A stretch of DNA of 58,660 nucleotides from Betaproteobacteria bacterium (GTDB lineage: Bacteria > Pseudomonadota > Gammaproteobacteria > Burkholderiales > SG8-41): positions 1 to 58,660 of the forward strand of contig JBQTJV010000044.1 in NCBI GenBank assembly GCA_052386775.1, given 5' to 3'. The notes under the pieces were generated by a model, which did not search any database, was not told the origin of the DNA, and saw only the letters and a list, made by a program, of their open reading frames with translations. Position numbers and translations under genes: made by a program. This document shows positions 27,860 to 38,207 of the stretch, piece by piece. Numbering within the stretch: the stretch's first letter is position 1; each line of letters begins with the position of its first letter.

Positions 27860-29257
27860 ATGGAAAGACGGCACATCTATCCCCTGGAGCCGCTGTTCGG
27901 GCGCGTCATTTCGCCGTTCGAACGGTTTCTCCGGCGCACTACCGCCGGCGGCATCGTCCTGATCGGCACCACGGTGATCGCGCTTGCCCTCGCGGCCGTG
28001 CTCGGCAACGACTTCCTGCATCGCCTCTGGGAAACCCCGCTCACCATCGCCGCAGGCGAGCGCTACCGGATCGCCATGTCATGGCAGCACTGGGTCAACG
28101 ACGGCCTGATGGCGCTGTTCTTTCTCCTCGTCGGACTGGAACTCACGCGCGAGGTGTTGGCGGGCGAACGGTCTTCCCGGAAGGACGCGGCCCTGCCGAA
28201 CGCCGCGGCGATCGGCGGCATGGTGGTGCCGGGATTGATCTATGCCGCCTTCAACGCCGGCACGCCGACAGCATCCGGCTGGGGTATACCGATGGCGACC
28301 GATATCGCGTTCGCGATCGGCATCCTGGTATTGCTCGCCTGGCGCATTCCCCGGAACCTCATCATCTTCCTCACGGCGCTTGCCATCGCGGACGATCTGG
28401 GCGCGGTGCTCGTCATCGCCGTCTTCTACACCGCCGGTCTGGATCTGCAATGGCTGATCGCTTCCGCAGTCCTTTTCGCGACGCTGGTGCTGCTCAATCG
28501 CGGCGGCATTCGCAACCCGCTGCCTTATGCGCTCGTCGGCATCATCATGTGGTTCGCGGTGCACGCGTCCGGCGTGCATGCCACCCTCGCCGGCATTCTG
28601 CTCGCATTGACGATCCCGGCGCGCCCGACCTATTCCCCCGCTCATTTCCAGCAGCGCATCGGGCAACTGCACGCCGATTTCGTCGCCGACCGCCTCGATC
28701 TCGAGACACCTGACGATCCGCTGAGCAATCATCGAATGGCCTCGATCGCGGAGGCGATGGAATATTCGGCGGCCGCCGTTCAGAGTCCGCTGCAGCGCAT
28801 CGAACACGGGCTGACGCCCTGGGTGACGTTCGTCATCATCCCGATCTTCGCGCTGGCCAACGCGGGAATCGATCTTACGAGCGTCGCCTGGACTGATGCA
28901 CTGACGAACAGCGTTACCGTCGGGGTGCTGGCGGGCCTGGTTCTCGGCAAGTTTGCCGGCATCAGCCTTTTTAGTTGGATGGCGGTCCGGTTGGGACTGG
29001 CACGACTGCCCTCCGGTGTCCGGTGGAAGCACCTGATGGGCGCAGCGTGGTTGGGCGGCATCGGGTTCACCATGTCGCTGTTCATCGCACAGCTCGCTTT
29101 CCGCGAACCGGTCGTGGTAGAGCAGGCGAAGCTGGGCATCCTGCTCGCTTCCGCGGCCTCGGCGGCAATCGGGTTGACGTGGCTGCTCTGGGCGAGCGCC
29201 GGTCTCGAAAGGCCGCTGCAGCAGCAAGACGAGTCGCTCGCTGATGCCAAAGCGTGA
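27860..29257 (+). CDS. nhaA: Na+/H+ antiporter NhaA
   Basis: ATG at 27860, 5 nt after the E1beta stop. NhaA signature PMATDIAFAIGIL (DD-equivalent region) and about 12 TM segments. Confidence 0.9.
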   Translation: MERRHIYPLEPLFGRVISPFERFLRRTTAGGIVLIGTTVIALALAAVLGNDFLHRLWETPLTIAAGERYRIAMSWQHWVNDGLMALFFLLVGLELTREVLAGERSSRKDAALPNAAAIGGMVVPGLIYAAFNAGTPTASGWGIPMATDIAFAIGILVLLAWRIPRNLIIFLTALAIADDLGAVLVIAVFYTAGLDLQWLIASAVLFATLVLLNRGGIRNPLPYALVGIIMWFAVHASGVHATLAGILLALTIPARPTYSPAHFQQRIGQLHADFVADRLDLETPDDPLSNHRMASIAEAMEYSAAAVQSPLQRIEHGLTPWVTFVIIPIFALANAGIDLTSVAWTDALTNSVTVGVLAGLVLGKFAGISLFSWMAVRLGLARLPSGVRWKHLMGAAWLGGIGFTMSLFIAQLAFREPVVVEQAKLGILLASAASAAIGLTWLLWASAGLERPLQQQDESLADAKA

Positions 29258-31913
29258 CGACTGGCATGCCATCGAGGGCGAACGTGCGCTGGAGGTTCTC
29301 GGTGCCGCGCGATCGGGACTGCTCTCGGAAGATGCAAAATCCCGCCTCGCCACATACGGTCCCAACGCCCTGCCTCAGGCGCCGCCTCGACAACCGCTCG
29401 TACGGTTTCTCTCGCAGTTCAATAACGCGCTTATCTATTTTCTCCTGTTCGCCGCTGTCGGGGCGGCCATCCTGGGCCACGGCATCGACGCAGCGGTCAT
29501 CGCAGCCGTCATCCTGATCAATGCGTTCGTGGGTTTCGTCCAGGAGGGAAAGGCTGAGCAGGCACTGGAGGCCATGCGCAAGATGATCTCACCCCGGGCG
29601 AATGTCTTGCGCGACAGCATGCGCAAGAGCGTGGCGGTCGAGGACCTCGTGCCCGCTGACATCGTGCTGCTGGAGGCGGGCGACCGCGTGCCGGCGGATC
29701 TGCGAATTCTACGGGCTCGCGGCGTGCGTATCGATGAGGCTCTCCTGACGGGCGAATCGGTGCCGGCCGAGAAAAAAGAGTCGCCTGCGCCGAAGGAGGC
29801 GGACCTCGGCGCTCGTCATTCGATGGCGTACTCCGGGACGCTGGTAGTCGCCGGTCAAGCGACTGGTCTTGTCGTCGCGACGGGAAGCGAAAGCGAGATC
29901 GGCCGCATCAGCGCGATGCTGGAAAGCGTGGAGCCGCTGACCACACCGCTGCTGCGCCAGATCAACCGCTTCGGCCGCCAGGCGACGGTTGTGATCTTCG
30001 TCGGCGCTATGCTGCTTTTTGTCCATGCGGTATTCGTCCATCACTACGACTGGGTGCAGGCCCTCATCGCGGTTGTAGCGCTCGCCGTCGCCGCCATTCC
30101 CGAAGGCCTGCCCGCCGTCATCACTATTACCCTGGCGATCGGCGTGCAGCGCATGGCGGCGCGCAATGCCGTTATCCGCAGACTGCCCGCCGTCGAGACC
30201 CTCGGTGCAACCAGCGTCATTTGCTCCGACAAGACAGGCACGCTGACGCGCAACGAAATGACCGCCGTGCGTGTGGTGACGCGCAATCATCATGCGCGTG
30301 CAGGCGGAAGTGGCTACGCACCCCACGGCACGATCGAGGCGGTCGGTCATGATGACGATGCCGCCTGCCTCGCCGCCGTGATGCCGGTTATCCGCTGCGG
30401 CCTGCTCTGCAACGACGCTCACTTGCGCGAGCATGGCGGCGCCTGGCAGGTGGAGGGCGATCCCATGGAAGGCGCCCTTGTCGCGCTCGCCATGAAGTCT
30501 GGATTGCGTCCCGAGCACGTGCGCGCAGAGTGGCCGCGACTGGATGAAATCCCGTTCGATGCCTCGTACCGCTACATGGCAAGCCTGCATCGCAGCCCCG
30601 GGGACGACACGGCCATTTTCATCAAGGGCGCCCCGGAAGCCGTGCTGGAAATGTGTGAAACGGCACACCGCGACTATTGGAGGATGCGCATTGTGGAAGC
30701 CGCTGCAGCAGGCGAGCGCGTCCTCGGTTTCGCCATGCGGCGGACGGTCGCCGACACCCCGCGCATTACTGCAGAAGCCCTCGCGGCAGGAAACGAATTT
30801 CTCGGCATCGTGGGGTTCATCGATCCGCCGCGTGAAGAGGCTGTTGCGGCGATCGCGCAGTGCCGCAGCGCCGGCGTCACGGTAAAGATGATCACCGGCG
30901 ACCATGTCGCCACGGCGACCGCGATCGCCACCAACCTTGGTCTTACAGAAAATCCCATCGCCGTGACCGGTGCGGAGCTTGACCGGCTCGAAGACGTTGC
31001 CTTTGCCGACCGCGTGCACGAAAGTGCGGTCTTCGCGCGAACGAGCCCGGAACACAAGCTGCGTATCGTGCGCGCGCTGCAGGCGCGCGGCGCCGTGGTT
31101 GCAATGACCGGGGACGGCGTGAACGACGCGCCCGCGCTCAAGCAGGCTAATGTGGGCGTGGCGATGGGCATCAAAGGTACCGAAGCGTCGAAGGAAGCGG
31201 CGGAGATGGTGCTGCTCGACGACAATTTCGCGTCCATCGTCAATGCAGTCCACGAGGGACGGACGGTCTACGATAACATCCGCAAGGTGATCGCCTGGAC
31301 GCTGCCCACCAACGGCGGGGAAGTCATCATCATCATGGTGGCGCTACTCTTCGGGCTGACGCTGCCCATGACCGCAGCGCAGATTCTCTGGGTCAATCTG
31401 GTCACCGCGGTCACGCTGGGCCTTGCGCTCGCCTTCGAACCCTCGGAGCCGGGGGTCATGACCCGGCCGCCGCGCCCTGCGAACACACCCCTGCTTTCCC
31501 GTTTCCTGCTGTGGCGCGTGCTCCTGGTATCGCTGCTGTTCTTCGCAGCGTGCCAGGGCATTTTCCAGTACGCGCTCCAGCGCGGCGAAGACCTCGAGAC
31601 GGCACGAACGATGGTAGTAAATGCGCTGGTGGTCCTGGAAGCGTTCTACCTTTTTAACGTGCGCTATCTGCACATGACATCCATCACATGGGGCGGCGCG
31701 CTGGGCACCCCAGCGGTGCTATACGCGATTGGCGCACTCGTCGCGGCTCAGCTGCTCTTTACGTATGCGCCATTCATGCACGACTGGTTCCAGACGCGCC
31801 CGCTGGGCATCGCGGATGGCGCGCTCATCATCGCGACGGGCGTGGCACTCCTCTTCCTTCTCGAAGGCGAGAAGGCGCTGATGCGGCGGCTCGGTCACGT
31901 TGATCTACGCTAG
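29244..31913 (+). CDS. P2-type cation-transporting P-type ATPase (SERCA/PMCA-like)
   Basis: DKTGTLT phosphorylation site, TM4 [31 protein letters not shown]. The N-terminal Cation_ATPase_N-like region overlaps the nhaA stop by 14 nt. Confidence 0.95.
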   Translation: MPKRDDWHAIEGERALEVLGAARSGLLSEDAKSRLATYGPNALPQAPPRQPLVRFLSQFNNALIYFLLFAAVGAAILGHGIDAAVIAAVILINAFVGFVQEGKAEQALEAMRKMISPRANVLRDSMRKSVAVEDLVPADIVLLEAGDRVPADLRILRARGVRIDEALLTGESVPAEKKESPAPKEADLGARHSMAYSGTLVVAGQATGLVVATGSESEIGRISAMLESVEPLTTPLLRQINRFGRQATVVIFVGAMLLFVHAVFVHHYDWVQALIAVVALAVAAIPEGLPAVITITLAIGVQRMAARNAVIRRLPAVETLGATSVICSDKTGTLTRNEMTAVRVVTRNHHARAGGSGYAPHGTIEAVGHDDDAACLAAVMPVIRCGLLCNDAHLREHGGAWQVEGDPMEGALVALAMKSGLRPEHVRAEWPRLDEIPFDASYRYMASLHRSPGDDTAIFIKGAPEAVLEMCETAHRDYWRMRIVEAAAAGERVLGFAMRRTVADTPRITAEALAAGNEFLGIVGFIDPPREEAVAAIAQCRSAGVTVKMITGDHVATATAIATNLGLTENPIAVTGAELDRLEDVAFADRVHESAVFARTSPEHKLRIVRALQARGAVVAMTGDGVNDAPALKQANVGVAMGIKGTEASKEAAEMVLLDDNFASIVNAVHEGRTVYDNIRKVIAWTLPTNGGEVIIIMVALLFGLTLPMTAAQILWVNLVTAVTLGLALAFEPSEPGVMTRPPRPANTPLLSRFLLWRVLLVSLLFFAACQGIFQYALQRGEDLETARTMVVNALVVLEAFYLFNVRYLHMTSITWGGALGTPAVLYAIGALVAAQLLFTYAPFMHDWFQTRPLGIADGALIIATGVALLFLLEGEKALMRRLGHVDLR

Positions 31914-31922
31914 GAGACATCT

Positions 31923-33026
31923 ATGAAGATCTTCAAGCTGCCCGATCTCGGCGAAGGACTGCAGGAAGCGGAAATCGTGAAGTGGCACGTTGCGGTCGGA
32001 GAAGAAATAAAAACCGATCAGCCCATGGTGTCGGTCGAGACCGCGAAGGCGATCGTCGATATCCCGGCGCCCTATGATGGAAAGATCGCCAAGCTCTACG
32101 GCAACCCCGGCGAGATCGCGCACATCGGCGCGCCGCTGGTTGCTTTCGAAGGGGAAGGCGGCGCACCCGATACCGGCACCGTCGTCGGCAAAGTCGAGGT
32201 CGGCGAGAAAGTCGTCGCGGCGGCCGCCCCGGCTGCGGTGCCGGCGGCAGGCGGCATCAAGGCGATGCCCGGGGTGCGGGCGCTTGCCCGCAAGTTGAAC
32301 GTCGATCTCGCCATGGTGACGCCGACCGGCGCCGACGGCCTGATCACCGCCAATGATGTCCAGCGCGCTGCAAAGGTTCTGGCGGAAACCGGGCCGATCG
32401 AAATGCTGCGCGGCGTGCGGCGCGCGATGGCGCAGAACATGGAACTGGCGAATGCCGAGGTGGCATCGGCGACCATCATGGATGACGCCGACATCGATGC
32501 CTGGGTCCCCGGCACGCACGTCCTGTTGCGCCTCATCCGCTCCCTGGTGGCCGGCTGCCGTGCCGAGCCCGCGCTCAATGCGTGGTATGACAGCGAAAAG
32601 GTCGGGCGCTGGGTGCTGAAGAAAGTGGACATCGGCATCGCGGTCGACACGCCGGATGGCCTGCTCGTGCCGGTGCTGCGCAACGTCGAGTCACGCGATG
32701 TCGAGGATCTCAGGCGCGGACTCGAGCGGCTGGTGGCCGATGCGCGCGCCCGCAAGGTTCCGGCGGAAGAATTGCGCGGACACACGATCACGCTTTCGAA
32801 CTACGGGACGATCGCCGGCCGCTATGCCTCGCCGGTCGTCGTGCCGCCGACGGTTGCAATACTCGGCGCAGGAAGAATTGCAAAGCAGGTCGTGGTCATC
32901 GACGACCAACCGGCGGTGCGCCGGATGCTGCCGCTCTCGCTCACGTTCGACCACCGCGTCGTGACGGGTGGCGAGGCGGGACGCTTCCTCAACGCCGTCA
33001 TTGCGGACCTGCAGCGGCCTGATTGA
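31923..33026 (+). CDS. 2-oxoacid dehydrogenase E2, dihydrolipoamide acyltransferase
   Basis: Lipoyl domain (VSVETAKAIVDIPAP), PSBD (AMPGVRALARKLNVDL), catalytic domain (LSLTFDHRVVTGGEAGRFL). AGGAGA Shine-Dalgarno upstream. Confidence 0.9.
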   Translation: MKIFKLPDLGEGLQEAEIVKWHVAVGEEIKTDQPMVSVETAKAIVDIPAPYDGKIAKLYGNPGEIAHIGAPLVAFEGEGGAPDTGTVVGKVEVGEKVVAAAAPAAVPAAGGIKAMPGVRALARKLNVDLAMVTPTGADGLITANDVQRAAKVLAETGPIEMLRGVRRAMAQNMELANAEVASATIMDDADIDAWVPGTHVLLRLIRSLVAGCRAEPALNAWYDSEKVGRWVLKKVDIGIAVDTPDGLLVPVLRNVESRDVEDLRRGLERLVADARARKVPAEELRGHTITLSNYGTIAGRYASPVVVPPTVAILGAGRIAKQVVVIDDQPAVRRMLPLSLTFDHRVVTGGEAGRFLNAVIADLQRPD

Positions 33027-34067
33027 CTAGCGCTCAACCGGCAGCTTGCAGTCGTTCCAGTCGATCATGCCGTCTTTGAGGTTGTAGACGCGCTCGAAGC
33101 CGAGTCCGTAGAGCATGGCGGCGGCCGTCGTGCTGCGCACCCCGGAGCGACACACTGCGACGATGGGCCGGTCGCGATGCGGCTCCAGTTCCCCGGCGCG
33201 GCCCGCGAGATCACGCAGCGGGATGAGAACGCTTCCGGGAATATGCCCCAGCTCCCCGCGGAATTCGCTCGGCTCGCGCACGTCGAGCACAAAAGGAGGG
33301 CTGGTCGAGTCGAGCATCGCATGGACTTCGGGTGATGTAAGCTGGCGCACCTGGTTCAACTCCGTGAGGTCGGGGAACTTGGTCTTGTCATCGTCGATCG
33401 CGGACTGGTTCGGCTGCAGCACCTCCTGGATCTTGTCCGGCATGGGAAAGTTGAGGCTCGCCATCAGCGCCACATACTGCTCTCGCGTACGCCCGGCCAC
33501 CCGCGGGTTGCTCTTCTTCTCCTGCCCGATCGTGGAATGCGTGTTCCCGCGATAGTAGTGCGCCGGATAGACCAGCGTCTCGTCCGGCAGCGTAAAAAGT
33601 TTTTGCGTGATGGCGTCGTACTGCTGGCCCGCATCGCCGCCTGCAAAGTCCGCCCTGCCCGTGCCGCCGATCAATAGAACGTCTCCCGTATAGACCCGGT
33701 CGCCGGCGTACAGGCTGATGCTGTCCGGCGTGTGTCCCGGCGTGTGCAGCACCCTGAGCGAACTGTCCCCGACTGCGATAGCGTCACCCTGCTCCACGTG
33801 CTCATCCACCGTGGGCGCCGGCGCACGCCGGTGCATGATAAGCCGTGCCTGCATGAGATCCCGCAACTGAAATGATGCGGTGGGATGATCCGCATGCGTG
33901 TGGGTGTCGACGATGGCATCGAGCTTGAGCTGCTGGTACGCGAGAAAGGCCAGGTAGCGGCTGATGTTCTCGCGCACCGGATCGATCAGCACCGCCTTGC
34001 GCGTGCGCTCGCAGGCGACGAGATAGGTCTTGCACTTGCCGCGATTGAGTTCAGGAAAAAACTGCAT
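33027..34067 (-). CDS. persulfide dioxygenase (ETHE1-type MBL fold) fused to a C-terminal rhodanese domain
   Basis: DTHTHADH metal motif, HTPGHTPDS, and a C-terminal rhodanese active-site loop CRSGVRS. ATG at 34067 with GGAGA upstream. Confidence 0.85.
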   Translation of the reverse strand: MQFFPELNRGKCKTYLVACERTRKAVLIDPVRENISRYLAFLAYQQLKLDAIVDTHTHADHPTASFQLRDLMQARLIMHRRAPAPTVDEHVEQGDAIAVGDSSLRVLHTPGHTPDSISLYAGDRVYTGDVLLIGGTGRADFAGGDAGQQYDAITQKLFTLPDETLVYPAHYYRGNTHSTIGQEKKSNPRVAGRTREQYVALMASLNFPMPDKIQEVLQPNQSAIDDDKTKFPDLTELNQVRQLTSPEVHAMLDSTSPPFVLDVREPSEFRGELGHIPGSVLIPLRDLAGRAGELEPHRDRPIVAVCRSGVRSTTAAAMLYGLGFERVYNLKDGMIDWNDCKLPVER

Positions 34068-34089
34068 TCGGAATGTCTCCAACAATATT

Positions 34090-34115
34090 CGTCATTCCGG
34101 CGAAGGCCTGGATCC
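34090..34115. repeat. REP-like element, family A (inverted orientation)
   Basis: CGTCATTCCGGCG (34090-34102) is the exact reverse complement of the CGCCGGAATGACG repeat at 6889-6901 and 6916-6928. It is followed by AAGGCCTGGATCC. Confidence 0.45.
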
Positions 34116-34221
34116 AAGGACTGCTGGCTGCCGGTTTAGCGCCCGGCTCACATTAGCTACATGAATATGAGCTTCACTGTAACCCGCAAGTTCATTTTCA
34201 CCGGCATGACGAGCGTAACGT

Positions 34222-35151
34222 TTACCGTACGGCGGCGCGGGGATGCGGCACTCGGTTCGATTTTGCAGCGTCGTAAAACGGCCGCTCCCCGGCGCACTGC
34301 ACCCGGTGCATGATCCGACGCGCACCGGCGTCGAACGGATCGCGATGGTGCATCACGCAGCGATTGTCCCAGATCACGATATCGCCCGCGCGCCAGCGGT
34401 GCCGCCAGGTGAATTGCGGCTGCGTCGCGTGTCGCCACAGCGCTTCGATGATCTCCTCCGACTCCGCAACGCTGAGACCATCGATGTAGGCATTGGGCCG
34501 GCGCCCCAGATAGAGCGCGTCGCATCCGGTCTCGGCGTGGGTTCGTATGATCGGGTGGCGGGGGCCGGGGGCCGCGCGCACGTCGGAAACCGGCTGGAAA
34601 CCCTGGCGCAGATCACCCGCGCTGTTGTAGGTCATGTCGTGCTTCAGCGTGCGGCCCTCGATCCGCGCCCTGAGGTCACCCGGCAAAGTCTCGAGCGCCA
34701 GGTACATGTTTGCGACTCCCGTATCTCCACCTTCGGCCGGCACTTCGAGCGCATAGAGCGCGCTATACGACAGCGGCGTTTCGCGATAGGAGTTGTCCGA
34801 ATGCCACACCACCTCGGCATCGCGCAGCACCCCTATCGGCACGCCGTTCTCCAGCACATTGGAGACCACGATGATTTCCGGGTGCAAGCGCGATTTTTCC
34901 TTCCCGGTCTTCGCCAGCGGCGCGAAATCGAGCTTGCCGAAGCGCCCGCCGAACGCGATCAGCTCCGGGTCGCTCAGCGTCTGCCCGCGTATGCGGATGA
35001 CGAGATGGTCGAGCAGCGCCTGATAGACAATCCGGAATGCAGCGTCGTCGAGACTGCGGACGTCGCCGCAACGCACTTCCGCGCCCAGAGGAGCGTTCCG
35101 GGGCACTACCTCGACGCTGCGCGATGCTGCGCTTTGCGTATCCGGTGACAT
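34222..35151 (-). CDS. TauD/TfdA family Fe(II)/2-oxoglutarate-dependent dioxygenase
   Basis: VWHSDNSY (HxD facial triad) and the later WDNRCVMHHR motif. ATG at 35151 with GGAG 9 nt upstream. Confidence 0.85.
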   Translation of the reverse strand: MSPDTQSAASRSVEVVPRNAPLGAEVRCGDVRSLDDAAFRIVYQALLDHLVIRIRGQTLSDPELIAFGGRFGKLDFAPLAKTGKEKSRLHPEIIVVSNVLENGVPIGVLRDAEVVWHSDNSYRETPLSYSALYALEVPAEGGDTGVANMYLALETLPGDLRARIEGRTLKHDMTYNSAGDLRQGFQPVSDVRAAPGPRHPIIRTHAETGCDALYLGRRPNAYIDGLSVAESEEIIEALWRHATQPQFTWRHRWRAGDIVIWDNRCVMHHRDPFDAGARRIMHRVQCAGERPFYDAAKSNRVPHPRAAVR

Positions 35152-35168
35152 TGCGTGCTCCGAGCGCA

Positions 35169-36065
35169 TCAGCGGCGCCGCCCTGCCCTGGCCGGTTTCC
35201 TCCCGCTCTTCAGATACCAGTCGAGAATCTGGTCGCCGGTCCAGAACACGACGCCTTTCTTTTTCTTCAGGCGCTCGAATACCTTCTCGAAATAGCGGAT
35301 GCGATGCGGCACGCCGGAGATGTATGGGTGGACCGCGATCGCCATAATCTTTGCCCGTTCCTTCCCCTCCTCGTACAGCCGCTCGAACTGGTCCATGCAC
35401 CGCGTTACAAATTCCTGTGCCGCGTGATGCTGCACCATCATCATCGGGATATCGTTAAGTTCCACCGAGTACGGCATCGCCACCACCGGGCCGTGCGTCG
35501 TCTTGATTTCGCACGGCTCGTCGTCGATCACCCAGTCCGCGATGTACTTGATCCCCGCTTCAGCGAGGTAATCCGGGGTATAGGCCGTCTCCGTGAGGCC
35601 GGGGCTCAGCCAGCCGACCGGCGGTTTGCCGGTGAAATCCTTGATGGTCTGCACCGTGCGCTTGATCATCGCGAGCTGATCGGTCTCGACGTGGATCGGC
35701 TGCTGATCGTAGGAGTGGCCCACGAACTCCCAGCCGGCATCGCGCGCTGCCTCGGCCACGCGCCGATAGTCGGTGCAGACGCGGGCGTTGGTAAACAGCG
35801 ACGCCTTGATTCCAAGGCCGTCGAGCACTTCCTTGAAGCGCCAGAAGCCGACCCGCATGCCGTACTCGTGCCACGCCCAGTGGGGAAAATCAGGCAACCG
35901 CGTCACGTGTGTCGGCGGCGGCAGCACCTGCCGCGGCATCGGCCGGTTGATGTCCCAGACCTCGACGTTGATCACCGGCCACACCACGAGCCGCGCCCCG
36001 CCGGGCAGCTTCAGCGGCGGCCGGTCGATGATGGCGGAGTATTCAATACGCTTTGTTGGAATCAT
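35169..36065 (-). CDS. polysaccharide deacetylase family protein (PuuE/allantoinase-like subgroup)
   Basis: MIPTKRIEYSAIIDRPPLKLPGGARLVVWPVINVE... and the GHSYDQ region are typical of the PuuE-like NodB-fold family. ATG at 36065. Confidence 0.8.
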   Translation of the reverse strand: MIPTKRIEYSAIIDRPPLKLPGGARLVVWPVINVEVWDINRPMPRQVLPPPTHVTRLPDFPHWAWHEYGMRVGFWRFKEVLDGLGIKASLFTNARVCTDYRRVAEAARDAGWEFVGHSYDQQPIHVETDQLAMIKRTVQTIKDFTGKPPVGWLSPGLTETAYTPDYLAEAGIKYIADWVIDDEPCEIKTTHGPVVAMPYSVELNDIPMMMVQHHAAQEFVTRCMDQFERLYEEGKERAKIMAIAVHPYISGVPHRIRYFEKVFERLKKKKGVVFWTGDQILDWYLKSGRKPARAGRRR

Positions 36066-36225
36066 CGCTCGCCTTTCGTGTGGCTGGTCGCTTGGTCCAT
36101 TATAAGGCGGTTGCAGGGGCACTCCACTCACCGGGAAGCGATTCTCCGCAGATGACAGGCGAATCGGATAAGGTGTCTAATTCGCAAGGGAAAGAAAACA
36201 ACATGCAAGACAAGCTTCAACGGTC

Positions 36226-37371
36226 ATGGCTGCCACGACGACCCGCTCATCCGCCGATCTGACGCCGCGTGTGACGCTGACCCACACCGCGGCCGGCCCG
36301 TGTGCCGTGGTGGCCGGCCGCTGGACAGCGGCACAGTTGACCGTGCACGAGGTTTGGGCATCGGTCATCTCCGCGCTGCAGGCGGTACCCACCGGGACCA
36401 CAGAGTGGGACCTGCGATCCATGCAGGGCCTCGACCATCTCGGCGCCCAACTGCTGTGGAACAAGTGGCAGCGTGCCTGGCCGGCCGAAGTGCAGTTCAT
36501 TCCGGGGCAGCGCGCGGTCATCGAGCGAGTCGCCCGCTACGCCACCGCGGCGCCGGCGATCACCCGCACCACCTGGACGGGGCGTTTCGACGCGCTGGGC
36601 GGCCGTGTGCTGCATGCGCTGGGCCACGCCTACGATCTGATGCGACTCGTCGGGCAGCTCCTCATCGATGTGGTGAGACTCGCGATGCGTCCCCGCGACG
36701 GCCCGTGGCGCGACATGTCCGGACATCTCTATCGCATCGGCGCCACCGCGCTGCCGATCACCGCACTCGTCGGCTTTCTCATCGGCGTCGTACTCGCCTA
36801 CCTCACCGCATTGCAATTGAAGCAGTTCGGCGCCGATGCCTTCATCGTGCACATCCTCGGTTTGTCGCTCATCCGCGAATTGGGGCCGGTGCTCGCCGCC
36901 ATTTTGATCGCGGGCCGGTCCGGCTCCGCCATCACCGCGCAGATCGGCGTCATGCGCGTGACCGAGGAACTCGATGCGATGCGCGTCATGGGCATTGCGC
37001 ACGGCTATCGGCTCGTCATGCCACGTGCCCTGGCGCTTGCCATCGTCATGCCGCTGCTCAGCGTGTGGACCACCGTCATGGCGCTGCTCGGAGGTATGGT
37101 CGCCGCCAACCTCGTGCTCGGCATCTCGCCGGATTTCTTCATGAGCGCGCTTCCCCGAGCCGTCGAGGTCGCAAACCTGAACCTGGCGCTGGGCAAGTCC
37201 GTGGTGTTCGGGCTCCTCATCGCGCTCATCGCCTGTCACTTCGGCTTGCGCGTCGAGCCGAATACCGAAAGCCTGGGCAAGGGCACGACCGCGTCGGTCG
37301 TGACGTCGATCACCATGGTAATCCTGATGGATGCGCTCCTCGCCGTGCTGTTCAAGGACATCGGCATATGA
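36226..37371 (+). CDS. MlaE-family ABC transporter permease with an N-terminal STAS-like extension
   Basis: The C-terminal 260 aa show the MlaE pattern (LIRELGPVLAAILIAGRSGSAITAQIGVMRVTEELDAMRVMG). The roughly 110-aa soluble N-terminus resembles a STAS domain. Confidence 0.85.
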   Translation: MAATTTRSSADLTPRVTLTHTAAGPCAVVAGRWTAAQLTVHEVWASVISALQAVPTGTTEWDLRSMQGLDHLGAQLLWNKWQRAWPAEVQFIPGQRAVIERVARYATAAPAITRTTWTGRFDALGGRVLHALGHAYDLMRLVGQLLIDVVRLAMRPRDGPWRDMSGHLYRIGATALPITALVGFLIGVVLAYLTALQLKQFGADAFIVHILGLSLIRELGPVLAAILIAGRSGSAITAQIGVMRVTEELDAMRVMGIAHGYRLVMPRALALAIVMPLLSVWTTVMALLGGMVAANLVLGISPDFFMSALPRAVEVANLNLALGKSVVFGLLIALIACHFGLRVEPNTESLGKGTTASVVTSITMVILMDALLAVLFKDIGI

Positions 37372-38186
37372 GCGCACGCCTCGATCGTCCCGACCGCAGG
37401 GGCCAGCCGGTGGTGGACATCCGCGGTTTGTGGACCGTGTTCGATGCGCCCACCGGACAGGTGGTGATTCACAGGGACCTCGACCTCACTATCCAGCGCG
37501 GGGAAGTGGTGTCGCTCGTCGGCGGCTCGGGCACCGGCAAAACCACGCTGCTCCGCCAGATTCTCGGTCTCGAGACACCTGCAAGGGGCACCATCACCAT
37601 ACTCGGGCGCCCGGTCGCGGAACTCGGCGCGCGCGGAGCGGCCAGCCGCGTCGGCATGCTGTTCCAGCAGGGGGCGCTGTTCTCCGCGTTCAACGTGCTG
37701 GAAAACATCGCCTTTCCCCTGCGCGAGCTGAAAACGCTTCCCGAGGAGGTCATCCGCGACGTGGCGCTGGTAAAGCTGCAGATGGTGGGGCTGGCACCGG
37801 AGCACGCCTACAAGATGCCTGCCGATCTCTCGGGCGGCATGGTGAAGCGCGTCGGCCTGGCGCGGGCGCTGGTCATGGACCCGCCGCTGCTCCTGCTCGA
37901 CGAGCCGACGGCGGGGCGCGATCCGGACCGCGGCGATGGTTTTGTGCTGCTGCTGCGCTCGCTGCACCACGAACTGCGCCTGACCGTCGTGATGGTGACG
38001 CACGATCTCGATACGCTCTATGAATTGAGCACGCGCGTGGCGGTGCTGGCCGATCAGCGCGTCATCGTTGCCGGCCCGCCGAAGGAGGTGATCGCTCATG
38101 CGCACCCCTTCGTGCACGAATTCTTCCTGGGAGAGCGCGGCCAGCGCGCAATGGAATTGCTGCGGGAGTATCCGTTCGCGGTTTAG
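37368..38186 (+). CDS. ABC transporter ATP-binding protein (MlaF-like)
   Basis: Walker A GGSGTGKTT, signature LSGGMVKRV, Walker B LLLLDEP. ATGA overlap with the permease stop. Confidence 0.9.
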   Translation: MSARLDRPDRRGQPVVDIRGLWTVFDAPTGQVVIHRDLDLTIQRGEVVSLVGGSGTGKTTLLRQILGLETPARGTITILGRPVAELGARGAASRVGMLFQQGALFSAFNVLENIAFPLRELKTLPEEVIRDVALVKLQMVGLAPEHAYKMPADLSGGMVKRVGLARALVMDPPLLLLDEPTAGRDPDRGDGFVLLLRSLHHELRLTVVMVTHDLDTLYELSTRVAVLADQRVIVAGPPKEVIAHAHPFVHEFFLGERGQRAMELLREYPFAV

Positions 38187-38207
38187 AACGTAAGAAAGGG
38201 GAACAAG

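Noticed and set aside
28079-31253. 428-aa and 514-aa minus-strand ORFs (28079-29365, 29709-31253)
   Set aside because: They are antisense to nhaA and to the P-type ATPase, which carry diagnostic motifs (ATDIAFA; [22 protein letters not shown]). They are shadow ORFs.
36300-38186. 628-aa plus-strand ORF
   Set aside because: Only the part from the ATG at 37368 is a real ABC ATPase. The upstream 356 codons are an out-of-frame read-through of the MlaE-like permease gene and are Arg/Pro/His-rich nonsense.
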